From assembly GCA_040954595.2 (NCBI GenBank), contig CM082594.2:8821612-8885611 (forward strand): a stretch of DNA of 64,000 bases. Direction: 5' to 3'. A program made the translations under genes and the position numbers. The notes under the pieces were generated by a model, which had not been told where the DNA came from, did no database searches, and saw nothing but the letters and a program-made list of their open reading frames with translations. Shown piece by piece: positions 26,223 to 38,700 of this stretch; the stretch's first letter is position 1, and the number at the start of each line of letters is the position of its first letter. This stretch comes from Balanoglossus misakiensis (lineage: Eukaryota > Animalia > Hemichordata).

Positions 26223-28087
26223 TAGTTGACACACTGTACGTAGCAAAAGGCTAAATTAACCCCTCTTCGGGATCAGATGTTCTCTGTGTCCGAACGCTAT
26301 CACTTGAATTCAGTGGCTAACACAGTTACATGCAACAATGCCTTCTGACAGGGACTGGCTTAAGTAATTGTCTGAGTGAAATGGGTCACCCAAACACTGA
26401 TTGTAAGTGTAATACCATAGACAATAACTGTGGAATGTTTGAGTCATGAAAAATCAATATTACGACTGAACAGATTATATAACCTATAGTATATGCCACA
26501 GATGTACGCGAATTATCATTATACTCAGAACAGTATATACTACGGTAACAGTAACAGCAATTAAGGTAAAAATAGCCAGGAAAATGTACCAAGTCCAGTG
26601 GAAACGCAGTGAAAAATCACATTTTATGTACTCAACATGGAGAATAATATTCTGGAACAGAGTCACCTTAGCGACATAGACTACAGCTGTCCTTCCCCAC
26701 TAATCTAATTCAATCTTTCTCCAGTACCACTCACACAGCTAAAATTCAATTGAGACTGTCTGGAAACAGATTTATCCGACAGTCACTTAGGATTACATGA
26801 AAATAACTCCAATCTCAGATGTTTACGTCAGTGACAGCACTCACTGTTTAGAGGAGAACTGGTTTGACTGTAAGACTTAATGAATCTGCTAAAAGGGTCA
26901 ATGAAGTCACAAACGCTGTCATTTGGGCTTAAAATAAACTTAGGATATGGAATCTTGACTGAAGTGTAATACACAGGCAATTTGAGAATCTAAGTCCTCC
27001 AAGTGGTCTGGTAAATGGTGTAGTGTGCAGACATGTTAGACGGCTGGCTGGCAGATATTATATGGTGATGTGAAAATACGTATACATATACATGTATTTA
27101 TATTCCACACATTAAGTTTTCACTACCCATAAAATAAGCTAAGTCTAACCATTAGCCATAACATACCATAAACATGTAATCTCTTGTCAGTTCTCTCAAG
27201 GACAGTTGAGAAAACCTCAAGGCATTGATTATCGTCACAGCTTGACGTACATTTCGTTTTTATGCATATTAAATGGGAGTCCAGTGAAAAGGGTAGCTAT
27301 CAATAATTCAATTATGAACATATGCTGAATGCAAAGGTCAGCGGTTGCTAGGTGATGAGAAACCTTCGGATGGCCTTTTCTACTTGTTGATATCAGGATT
27401 TGAAAGAAATTAAAAAAAATAGAATTCTTTTATCAGCCAACAATATTGTTTGAAAATTACAGTTTTAATGTTATACCTAGTTATGAATAAATGTACTTTC
27501 AAACACTGAATATAAATGTGTCACATTTATGTAATAATAATTTGGAGATTATTACTCCTGCCTTCTGATATTTTTCGTTCAGTATATCACTCTCAGTAAA
27601 TCCAATTACATTATCATCAAGTATATGACTGCCATATGGATACTGGTATGTAACCAAAGTGCAACTGAATATTGCTGATTCAGCTATTTTTTCTGTCCCA
27701 TCTTCTACAAACTAGTAGTGATGTGGTGAGTGGTTAGAAAGCAACTCATCTCAGCACACCCCACTATAATAATGAACATAATATGTCCATTATTATAATG
27801 TGGTGTGAATGCAGGTGTGACAGCTGGGTGAGAGAAGAAAACAGCTGGGAACAGCTCTCAGTATTCGCACATTAATTCTGGGTTTTGTCATACCTGGTAA
27901 ATAATAGCTGTATCTGTTCTATAGCTGTTAAGATTGTATTCAATTTAATGTCTTACACATAAAATTCCTGTTGGTTACAAATTTGTCCTAGATTCCAGGA
28001 CATACACTGTACACATGGTTACCATGGATACCAAAGCTGAAAAACGTCAGTGCAGTGTAACACTGAGATGACAATGGTGTACACACA

Positions 28088-28192
28088 TATGTCATTATTA
28101 TTTGTTCAATTACATGTACATTTGTAATTCACATTATGTCATTATTATTCATATAATTATACATTATGTACATTTGTAATTCAATACATTAT
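28088..28192. repeat. Imperfect tandem duplication, two ~50-60 bp units
   Basis: tatgtcattattat...tgtacatttgtaattca occurs twice in tandem. Confidence 0.7.
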
Positions 28193-28869
28193 ACTGGCAG
28201 TATAACAATGTTGAGATAAGTTTAGGGTACCCGACTAAATTCTGCTCATGAAGACAGTAATTTCAAATCTGTTTCTAAAAGACACTAATCAAGCAATGTT
28301 TACTCTATGGCATTATTCTATCCATGATGGTACCTCTGTCAAACCATAGAGAGTTGAGGATGTCTATGATCCAACACAGGCCAATCACTGGAAGTTAACA
28401 AATGTCAACAAGTGATGACACTTCAATGGAAATGTTAACACATGTTCGTCCCATTCAAAACAAACAAATTTATACTGTAGTACTTGAACAGACCAGGGCT
28501 GCTCGTCGACCTTGTCAGTACATCCAATTTCACTGCGATCGTTCGGTGCTCTGTTCTGTAAAACCTAGCAAACTCTCTATAGATATTCTACATGAGAAAA
28601 GACGAAGGTTTTCCCCAATAAACACTGTGATACGGTCAGCTGGTGCGCTCGGGGTGTGGAGCCCAACTTTAACTGAGCAACATTACCATTGAACGATGGA
28701 GAGATATACAAGAACTATTAACGCGAAGAACGGCTATTCATCAACAAAGTCTTATCACAAATTTTTTACGCAGTTGGCTAATTTGGTTCAGGTTTCTTCA
28801 ATTTTTGCTCGGGTCGTCATTACAGAACGCGTGTTTGTTTGTAAAACCATAAATAACAGTTAGGCTTAC

Positions 28870-28940
28870 CTGAAAGGAACTCTCCTCCCCATCGAACAGT
28901 AATCAAAATGGCTGGTTGTCACGTGACACAAGTCACCTGA
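28870..28940 (-). promoter_or_regulatory. TBC1D5: TBC1D5 core promoter and short first exon
   Basis: Strong donor CAG|GTAAGC at 28870/28869; YY1-type GCCATTTTG (28904-28912); palindromic TGTCACGTGACA (28917-28928, CLEAR/E-box); locally CpG-enriched. Confidence 0.65.
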
Positions 28941-29208
28941 TTAAACTTTTAAAGGGTCATGGTGTCATTTGTAAACGGATTCCTTTGTTTTCAGACTAAC
29001 CATTGACTGTCTACGTTTGTGCACTATTCTCTCTGGGATCATGGAGAAAGAAATGGAGCGATTGTAAACTTGTTAATACCTGTAGTTCCCCCATTATACT
29101 CAAAACCATCCACACTCACAGAGACAAAAATATCTCATTTTTTTCTGACAGATTACACACAAGATAACTCACTGACAACAGTATTTCTTAGGAAACAAAC
29201 TGTATAAT

Positions 29209-29214
29209 TTTATT
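29209..29214 (-). terminator. Putative polyadenylation signal of ZEB (implies ~3.3 kb 3'UTR)
   Basis: AATAAA on - strand followed by TTTGTTTCCT downstream element; a second AATAAA at ~29267. Confidence 0.5.
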
Positions 29215-29400
29215 GCATAAAATGTCTGGTGCATGGATTACAAAAAAAGTGCTCTAAATTCTCCCTTTTATTGCTGGCAGTGTTGTTGCCTAGCAACAGC
29301 AAAAAAATAAATTACTGAGGGTCTAACAAGCAATAAATACATGATGAGTGGAAATAAAATAATATACATATATGTTGAAATAAATACTATGGCAGGAGGG

Positions 29401-29408
29401 TAATACTG
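29401..29408 (-). promoter_or_regulatory. miR-8/miR-200b/c/429 8mer target site (CAGTATTA)
   Basis: TAATACTG on + strand inside the putative ZEB 3'UTR. Confidence 0.55.
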
Positions 29409-30280
29409 TTTGGGTTTGGGTGGTGAAAAAAAAACAGTCCAGGAATGAAAAATTTAACTTTTGACCTTTGAAGTAGGATTGTCCAAGTTCAAGGTAAAGT
29501 TTCCTTGAAATTGTGATGTTTCGAATCAAAATCTGGAATCAAATCATTTTAACTGAATGTTCATGATTTTAAGCACACAACTCATCAACTGAAAACTTAC
29601 TTCTAAATTATACTAAAATCGGTGCTGAACTGGTTTATTATGCATTTGGTATGATTGTTTCAGAAGTTTGGTTTATTCCAAGTGACACATTATTGCTGAG
29701 CTTCTGACCTGTTTCTAATAAACTGATGTACTTTGAAGTAACATCCAATCAGCTGTGAGCTAACAACTGGTTTGGATCAAGCAAGATTTGTATTTAAACT
29801 CATTAAAACTAAACAACAGAATGAATATATTTATGGCATAAACTTGAAAACTAAACTGGCAGAACGATAAAACAACCCTGAAAATATCATTTGTGGCAAG
29901 ACTCAACATAAACAAGTTTTTTTCCATAAACAAAAATACTCATAAATGAATATAAGGCATTACAGTTGGTACTATAATCGTTAAATGAAGCCTTTACAAG
30001 ACAGAACAGCTTGTCTGATTGGCTCAAAAATTATACAGTTGTCACAATGAGCCAATTCAATTGAACTTTACAAAACAAAGCAAAATCTGTAATGATAAAT
30101 TTTTGATAAGATAGATTTTGAACTCTGAATAATGATCTTTCCATAAAAACATGGCAGTTAATGATGTAATTCTTCTTGTTGAAATGACAGTTCTTCATTG
30201 AAAACAGTCAGGCAAATGAGCTGTAACATTTTTACTGACCAAAAATATATGAAATAATATATATAATGAATAAAATATAC

Positions 30281-30291
30281 TAATACTGTCA
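30281..30291 (-). promoter_or_regulatory. miR-8/miR-200b/c/429 8mer target site with extended pairing (TGACAGTATTA)
   Basis: + strand TAATACTGTC equals the first 10 nt of miR-8/miR-429 as I recall them. Confidence 0.6.
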
Positions 30292-32501
30292 TCTATATAT
30301 ATTGGACAATGAAAGTCCATTGAAGTTTTATGAATGTCTGGTGTCTCTTTTGAAGTTACCGGTACTGCACATTCATTGAAAACTTAAAGCTAAATTGGCT
30401 TAAAAATGACAAGGCAGTTTTACTAGCATTTCGAGTTTCATTTGGACTGATGAATTAAAGGATTTTTAAAGGCATGCAAAATCAAAATGTTAAATTTAAA
30501 CCTCCCCATTTTCACCTGAAATGGGGTTGGTATTCCATGATTTTCTATAAAAGATACTTGATTACAGGAGATAAAATATGCTTCAGGCAGTTCAACAGGT
30601 TTTATAATGTCTTTTCATAGCACCATTGAAAGACTTATTGTCCACGCACCCACCACGCAGATAGACACAGGAAGTAGGCACCAATAAGGTGATTTAAATC
30701 ACTATGGCAACACAAAATGGCGGACATGAAAGGTCACACTGCATGATGGGTAAGATACATGACTATTTGCATGAATAGGATTCTGAGAAATCAAACTTAC
30801 ATTGATTTATTGCAATATGTGGAACCTACCACTGAACGACAAACTTCACCTGCGTTCCCCCCCCCCCCCCACTAACAGGTTTCCCACCCCTGCATCCGAT
30901 GTTATTATGGAGAAATCCAAATTTTCCTACAGAACAAGCCACAATGTCCTGAACTAAAATTCTGCCCCAAAGTCAGAATAAATATTATGCTTGTAAAGAG
31001 GATGGCATTCATTTACAATTCATGCAATTTCCACTCTTTGATTACAGATTTTGATAAATGTTGTTCCGTCTGTGATTGTCAACACACCCCTTCCATCTAA
31101 GTCCCTTCCTTCAAAATATAAAGACTGCAAAATCCCTAACCCTAATTACCCTTCCACTGCAGCTTCTTTCAAAATTTCTAAATTTGACTCATGATTATTA
31201 ACACAATGAAAACTAAATAAAGTCTAAAATCCAACTTTAAGTGAACTCAAAAGGGAATGAAAAAATGCAAGAAATATAGGAAAATCCATTGCTAATAATA
31301 CACTTGAAGAAAAAAAATCATGCTATAATATTGACCATGGAGAATGAAAGACCTAATGAATACAACAAAACCAGATCACTCAAATCTCTTCAAATCGGAT
31401 GCATCAATCTCTTTGAAGACTGGCAAGTTCATTATAATGAAACATGATATTACAGATTTTAAAATTATTCCCAGATTCTGAGAAGTTAAGCAATGGAAGC
31501 ACTTTGTTAGTAGCCATGGCAAGCTTTACAATAAGTATTTTATCAAAAAACATTTCATTTTATGGAGCACACATTTTGAGAGCTGTTAAAGTTGATAAAT
31601 TTCTTGAATATGAAGTGAATTTCTGTGAGACTCGTGGTAACTATTGCTTGTGTACACAAAGTTTGAACAACCTTGCATTCATCATTGCATAATCCCTCTG
31701 TGTCCATCTGTGACACTGTTGTCATGGTAATGTCGACTCAAAATTGCAACTACCATGGTGATATTACATGGATGAAAGCACAAAATTTGTTTGGCAAAAT
31801 ATTACACATAACAGCCAATTCATTTTTTGGTGAATGAAAAATGTAACAAAATTTTGTTTATCATGAAAAAAAATCTGGAAGAATCTGGCAGTGTATTACA
31901 CTATGGCATAAAACATTCCACCCCTCTGCAGTGGGCTGGACCACACCACATACAAGGCAATAGAGGAATGAAATGGCTATTTTCCAACTATATAAAATGG
32001 CAGTTAATTTTTTTGTTTTGAAAGTGATTATCTCGGGAAAGTTTTATTGGAAGACAAATATATGTCAGTTGCATATTTCTTTCCTGTTGAAAATTTTCCT
32101 CTTCTCACTCATTAATTCAGTACGACTACACACAGCTATCCCTATTTTGAAACTTTCCATAATTAAAACATACAAGCACCACTAATAGATACTATCTATC
32201 TATATCATCTATACATTAGACTTTTATAATTTCCATTTCTTCTGTTCTACAAAATCGTCCTGTATTTGGAAGTCCGTGTTATTGCTAATTTTTTAAAAAT
32301 CTCTATAAAATGGTAGAAGATGAATATACTGGAGGAAGAAATCCCGGTATCTTTAGTGTATTTACATTAAGATGGTTGTCATGGTAACCATTACCATGCA
32401 CACACTGTTTCCCCAAATGATTTATTTTCAGTCCTGCAGATTAATGTCCCTTCTTCAAATCACACCCAGAGTTGCTGGAAAAAAATGGTTAGGTCAGGTT
32501 A

Positions 32502-32752
32502 TTATTCTCTGTCATCGCCCGAGGCGGTCACCGACTGTGATTCTTTCTTGAGCTGCCGATGTGAGTCTTCCCGTTTGCAGTAGCTGTAACGGTGGTTCAT
32601 GTGCTGGCTGTAGGACCCTGAGTGAGAGAACTTCTTGAGACATTTGTCGCACTGGTAAGGTTTTTCGCCGCTATGTAATCGCGAGTGCTCCATCAGATGG
32701 TGTTTGTGCTTGAAGGCTTTTCCACACTCCTTGCACTGATGTGGACGTTTTC
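32502..32752 (-). CDS. ZEB: ZEB terminal coding exon
   Basis: [58 protein letters not shown]. Confidence 0.96.
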
Positions 32753-35700
32753 CTGAAGAAAAAAAAACAGAAAAAAAAACATTAGAAACATTATTTTTTG
32801 TTTGATTAAGCCACAGTAGGTTGACTGTGATTATAGGCAAACAGAAAAAACATAGTGGGCGGGAACCAGGCTGGACCATCATATAGTTATTAGAACAAAG
32901 AACCACTTCTTGACATAGAGGGCTCCCTTCAACTCCATGACATGCCCAATGAATCCTAAACTGAAGATTATAAATTTTAAAGCGATGAAAAATTTCAGAT
33001 TTATAATACTGGGTCAGTAATGTATAATTACACCTGTTTAGTCTCTTCCCAAAGAAGTTTGCGTTACAAATGACAAATGCCCAGAACACATTAAATACAT
33101 TCTGCCATCTTTGTATCAACTTAGCCCACGCAATATTTGTTCGGACAGCACGGCACGTTCATCCACCATCATTTTAATGGTGAAACAGTAAAAGAAACTG
33201 CTTGTGATTAGGTAGACAGATTTTATAATAGGTCTATTCATGGATTAACCTGCTGGGAGCTGTGCAATTATTTAGTATTCAACAAGCAACTATCTCAGGG
33301 CAATTACCGAGATTTCCTCATCCCATAAGAGGTCACCTGCTGATAGATCAAGGTCCTGGGTCATTGCTGGAGGTCACAGATAGGCTAGATCATGTTACAT
33401 TTGAAGTCATTTAGCTGCCTTCAAGTTTTAAAATAGAACCACTGTTCAGCTGACACACTTTTTCGCTTTCTGAGAATTTCTCTGCGGTCATTTTGTGGGA
33501 CATGATAGGCAATCTTGCAAAATTTGAATTATTCAATAAAATCAGTTTTAGATATAAATGCCCTTAGTAACCGTCAGTGTTCATCATGGATCACTGTGGC
33601 ATCATAACAGCTCAGGAATTGTAGGTGCTATTTGGGTCACTGTATCATACACTATCCATCTAAATCCTAAAGATACAGTATTTCTTATTTTAAAATGAAT
33701 AGTGTGTCAATCACGCAAAAAGGTACATTTCACTGATGCAGAAATTATTCTTCATGACCATGTCAGCACACGAAACCAACAGCAGCCACAAATCAAGATC
33801 AATTTGCTTTACGACCCAAATCTACGCCAAATAGCCCAATCTCCTACAATGCGATGATCTAATTACACCTATGTGCATAGAAGATGTCCGCCAGGTGATA
33901 CTTAGATATTCCGGTCTGGCTTCTCCCGGAATTCAAAGTTGGCAATAAAACTGTTCACAAGTATGTGATCAAAATGCACAAGCTCAGTTCTCTTCCAACA
34001 GCAGGATTCGAGTCTGAAGTCAGAGTCTGGGATAATTACTGATGACAAGTTGGATTGATGGTGAAATTTTTTATAAAATATGGATTGTTTGATCACAAGA
34101 GACTGGCAGTCTGTGGGAGATAGGAGCTGAGACAGACAGACACACAGACAGCAAAGAGCCCTTAACTTATTGAGAATTTATTATTGACACGTTGCTCACC
34201 TGTCTATGTCCCATAACCTGCACACTTTGCTCTATGTAAATGGCATCAGTGTATCATTATTAAATAATTTCCACCCCAAAGGTAAATGACAAGTTAAACA
34301 ATTACAGTTTGACATTTACTTTTTGACGTGAGAACAGGACACTGACAAGTTGTAAAACTAATTTAATGAAGTTGACTCTTATTAAAATTTTCTCATATTT
34401 TTGGCACCACACCTTTGCAACATTTTTGTGTGTGTGCACTTGCATCTGTATGTCTCATAAAATATTCACAATTTACACCTGGTAATGATGCATCCTGTTC
34501 ACAGATGAATGCCCCACACCTGTGGACACCACTCAGTTGCGTTGCTATGGTCACCACACTTAGTGATATGAATAAATCATGGTCCGAGATCCAGTCCTGC
34601 CATTTGTCACAGAAATTCTGACTGACGATGTCTTTCTGAGCCTAATAACCAATGTTAAGCCCATACAAACATATAGAGAATTCAGAGACCAACCTCAATC
34701 GAGTTATCTCAAAAATCTAACAAAAATTTCCTGTATACAAAGATATCTCTGAGACATACCTGAGTGTTCATAGACATGTCTAAGTAGTGAGCTGTGCTTT
34801 TGGAAGGTCTTGGGACACTGGCTGCATGCGTACATTCCGTTGACTGTGCGTGGTGACCGATCTTTCCGTCTGCGGGTTCTGGAGAGACTCATTTCGCCTA
34901 TTGACTCATCCAGGCTGCCTTCGCTCACAGACTCCTCTGAGAAATGCAACAGAATTAATTTTAGCAATTTTTTTACAATGCACACAAACATGCTCAAAAT
35001 AAATAAACACATTTTTGTCTGAAAGAATCAAAGTATTTTAATTTCTTACCTCTCTGTTGAGAGCCTTGTTGATAAGGAATTCCTTGTTTTTCGAGCAAGC
35101 TCACGTCCACACCAAGTGATTTCCGTAGCTCTTCCTCTGTCATGAAGTGCCGACCGACCATCTCGGGACTACCAGTACTCATTAGACCAAGACTGTCCAT
35201 CAATTTGAGCTTCTTTGTTGGATTGTGCGCTGCAGCAGCAAGCAGGGTGGCGTCGGGATAGCCATTGTGAATCGGGTGTGCATACATGTGATGAGGGAGG
35301 TCGATCGGACCGTGGGCCAATATGGCCGCCGTGGTTGCCGGGTCAGGTTGGCCGTTGCAGTGCGCCCGGATGTTGTTCTCGAAGTACGGCTGTCCCATCC
35401 GAGGATCCACCTTGAAGGAGCCGATGTAGAAATCGGGAGCTGTGCTCGGGAGGGATCGGTACCCTTTCATATGGAAGACAGATTTGGAATTGTCAAAGTA
35501 TGGCTGCCGCCGTTCATAGGTTGGAACTTTGACGTGTTTTGGAAGCGAAAGATCCAATGGTTGATCAGTCTTAAAGTGTTTGTCTGGAGTGTGTGCTGGC
35601 ATAGGTGATGACCGTTTCTTTGTCAAGGGTATTGGCTCCTCATTACACAGTGCTTTCTTGGAGAGATTGAGTCCATTCTGATGAGCTTCTGGAGGCATCC

Positions 35701-38700
35701 CAACCATGAGTAATCCACCCCTATCTGCTCTGGCAGGAGGCAGATGTGAGTATCTCAGCGAGTTGGAAGTGGTAATCCTGAGGGGCTGTCCGCAGTCTGG
35801 TTCATCGAAACCACGACCATCGAAACTTCTTTCGTGATCATTCTTGGATGACGGTGCACCGTCATTATCGTTGAAATCAACAGATGCGTTATCGTCGTTT
35901 GAATCGTGGTTATCGACGTCGGCATGACTGTCGCTCATTTCACTTCCTGTTGGTGAGTGCTCGCCGTTTTGGCTGCTAATGCCTTGCTTGGCGCGCATGG
36001 CAATGAACCACTCTTCAACTTCGCTGATTGGCATGCTCAGTAAATGGGAGATTTTCTCTAAGCCATCCCTGGAGGGACACTGCGACATGGCAAAGAATGC
36101 CCTCAGAGCGTGTTGGTGATTCTCCGAGATCCTGGACGCCTTTTCTCTCATGTCCTCTTCCCTTTCATTGAGATTCTCATCACCGCCCTCCGAGTCATCG
36201 CCATCAGAAACCTCTATTTCTTGAATCTTGTCACACTCGTCAACCTCTTCGTCATTCTGCATAGAATTTTCACCGTTTAGATCGTCACTGTATCTGTCCC
36301 CCTCCTGGTGGACCCGGTCGTTTTCTTGCATAGCCACAACTTCGCGCTGGAAGTTGATGAATTTGGTGAGGGAGGCGTGATTCTTGACTTTCTTCACGTC
36401 TTCGTTCTGTTCGCACAGGTAGCGTTCGTGCTGGTGCAACTCTATGGGGTTATAGAACAGTTGCTGGCAGTACCGGCATGCATTCTTATCCTTCTTGAGA
36501 TGAACACTGGCAAAAGCCTCTACTGCTTTAGCTTCATTCACTTTCCTCAAAGTGTAATCCACTATACTGTAGTTTTTCCGCTTTCCGTCAACCTCGGGGC
36601 TCTGAGTGGCCGATGGGCTCTTTGAAGACAGGTGTTCTCGGGCCATTTCTGGAAGCACAATATCTACTTGTTTGACAGGTGTCTCTGGACTGGCAGTGTT
36701 AGTTTCGGAGCTCGACTGCTTGGTTTTCTTGAGCTTGGCCACATCAGTATTCTGGCCTTCTTGCTGTTGCTTAGAAACGGTAGCACCTACAATCTGGAGG
36801 ACCTTCTTCACGGCATCGTTTGGAGGCGAGGCAGCCATGGAGACGGGAGCTTTGTCAGCCGACGCGCCGTCACCATTTTCTACCTTCACGTGGATGGGCA
36901 TCATCATGTTGGACTGGTTGGGAACCATGGACGGTTTATCGAGGTGGTCGAATGAGTGCGGACCGAAGGGATGCATATACTCAGGGCCATGTGGGTTGTT
37001 GATGGCATGGCTCATTTTGTCGTTCACGACTTTCACCGGGGCTGCCTTCTCAGAGTGAAGAGGGGGGACATATTTCAGAGGTGTACACTTCTTGCTGCTG
37101 ATGTGGGAGCTGTACGAACCTGAGTGTGAGAATCGCTTCTTGCACGTCGGGCACTCGTAAGGTTTCTCCCCGCTATGAATGCGCAAATGTTCCTTCAAGT
37201 GGTGCTTGTACTTGAAGGCCTTGTGGCACTCGCTGCACTTGAACTTGCGGTTGCCCGTGGAGTGGGTCAGCATGTGGCGCTGCAGCCGGTAGATGTTCAC
37301 GAAGGCCTTGTTGCAGATCTCGCAGATCTGGTCCCGGCCGGGCATGTGCGTGGCCATGTGGCGCTCCAGCTGAGACTTGTAGGCGAAGCTGTAGTTGCAC
37401 TCGGAGCAGGCAAAGTTATTGGCGTTTTTCTCATGGCGATATTTGATGTGCTCTTTCAGAGACGTTGCTCTCTTGTAAACTCTATCACAGTATGGGCAAC
37501 TCAGAATTGTGTCTTCAAGGCCATCATCAAGTCCACCTAGAAAAAAAAATAATTTATTAAAATTTATGAAGTACATAACAATCTTTGGCAGTGCTTTATT
37601 GAAAGCTATTCTAGATAATTGCTATAACAATGGTTGTGGTTCCAGCATCTCAGCTGTGACTGGACGCCAAAACTCTCTCATTTCTGTCTGTGGTGGCAGC
37701 AAACCCACTGGCATAAATGAAGTTCCTGAAACCTTGGAGTCTTCCATACTGTGAAACATTTTATAATATTTTTCAGAAAGTGTATTTGGGATTTTGAGAT
37801 TTCAAGCAAGTTCCTCTATATTCAGCTATTTGATATGTGACTACCTGCCAATTAGAAATGCTAGCAACATCACATGGAAATTTTATCAGTTCAGGTTTTC
37901 CTGACTGCCCTGCAGAATTAAAAGCGTCGAACACCCCAGCCGGCCTCTCCTTGCACTGCTCAAGTTTCACTTGTTCACCACACCTCGGCCATAAAATAGG
38001 TGGCGGTAGGAGTTCCTTCAACTTTACGAAGATGACTAAGATTTGTCTCGTTCGATAAATCCCTCATCACAAACCGATATACCTCGGTCAGTCGATCGCC
38101 AAACCGATCACCCCCGGTCAGAAACCACACCAGTCTCCGGCACAAAGTTTATTCACTTTTCCGCGAGACAGGTCGGGCCGGACGTTTTAATCATCAGAGT
38201 GGCATTTTCAGGTGGCCCCAGCTTGTTTTGCAGTGAACTCGTTTTCTCATGACGCAGTCGGACCAACCTTGCAGGAGTTCGTGCTGTTTATACTTGGTTG
38301 AAGGGAGCGCACCAAATGATTGATACCTACGCAGGGGCAGTGGGACAGGTACCGATGCTATCTAAACAGCAGCCCTGTCTGGAGAGCCCTGGTGTGGTCA
38401 TTAACACCACACCACCCTGTCATCTTCACCATCCAATACTAACATGTGTACAATTTATCATTCTATAACTCAGAGTGAAAGTGACATGGCTAAGACAATG
38501 CAGTTTACATCAACAGCCCAGCCACCTTGGTGCCCATACTCTGTACGCCCACTACGAATTTTCACCAGTGACTCAGGTTTGAGCTTTTAGGGCCAACAAA
38601 ACTGGGATTTGGTGACATTGAAGTTTTCTGCAGGGAAACATGTTGTTTGCTCTTCTAAAAATCTCAGTTATATCTATTACATTCTTGTTGTGGCCAACAG

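Noticed and set aside
27766-27797. AT-rich imperfect palindrome as a pre-miRNA
   Set aside because: Too short and AT-rich; no recognisable mature miRNA.
32753-33119. N-terminal part of the 205-aa ORF
   Set aside because: Intron read-through upstream of the true acceptor at 32752.
35215-37540. Several + strand ORFs of up to 150 aa
   Set aside because: Antisense shadows of ZEB exon 3.
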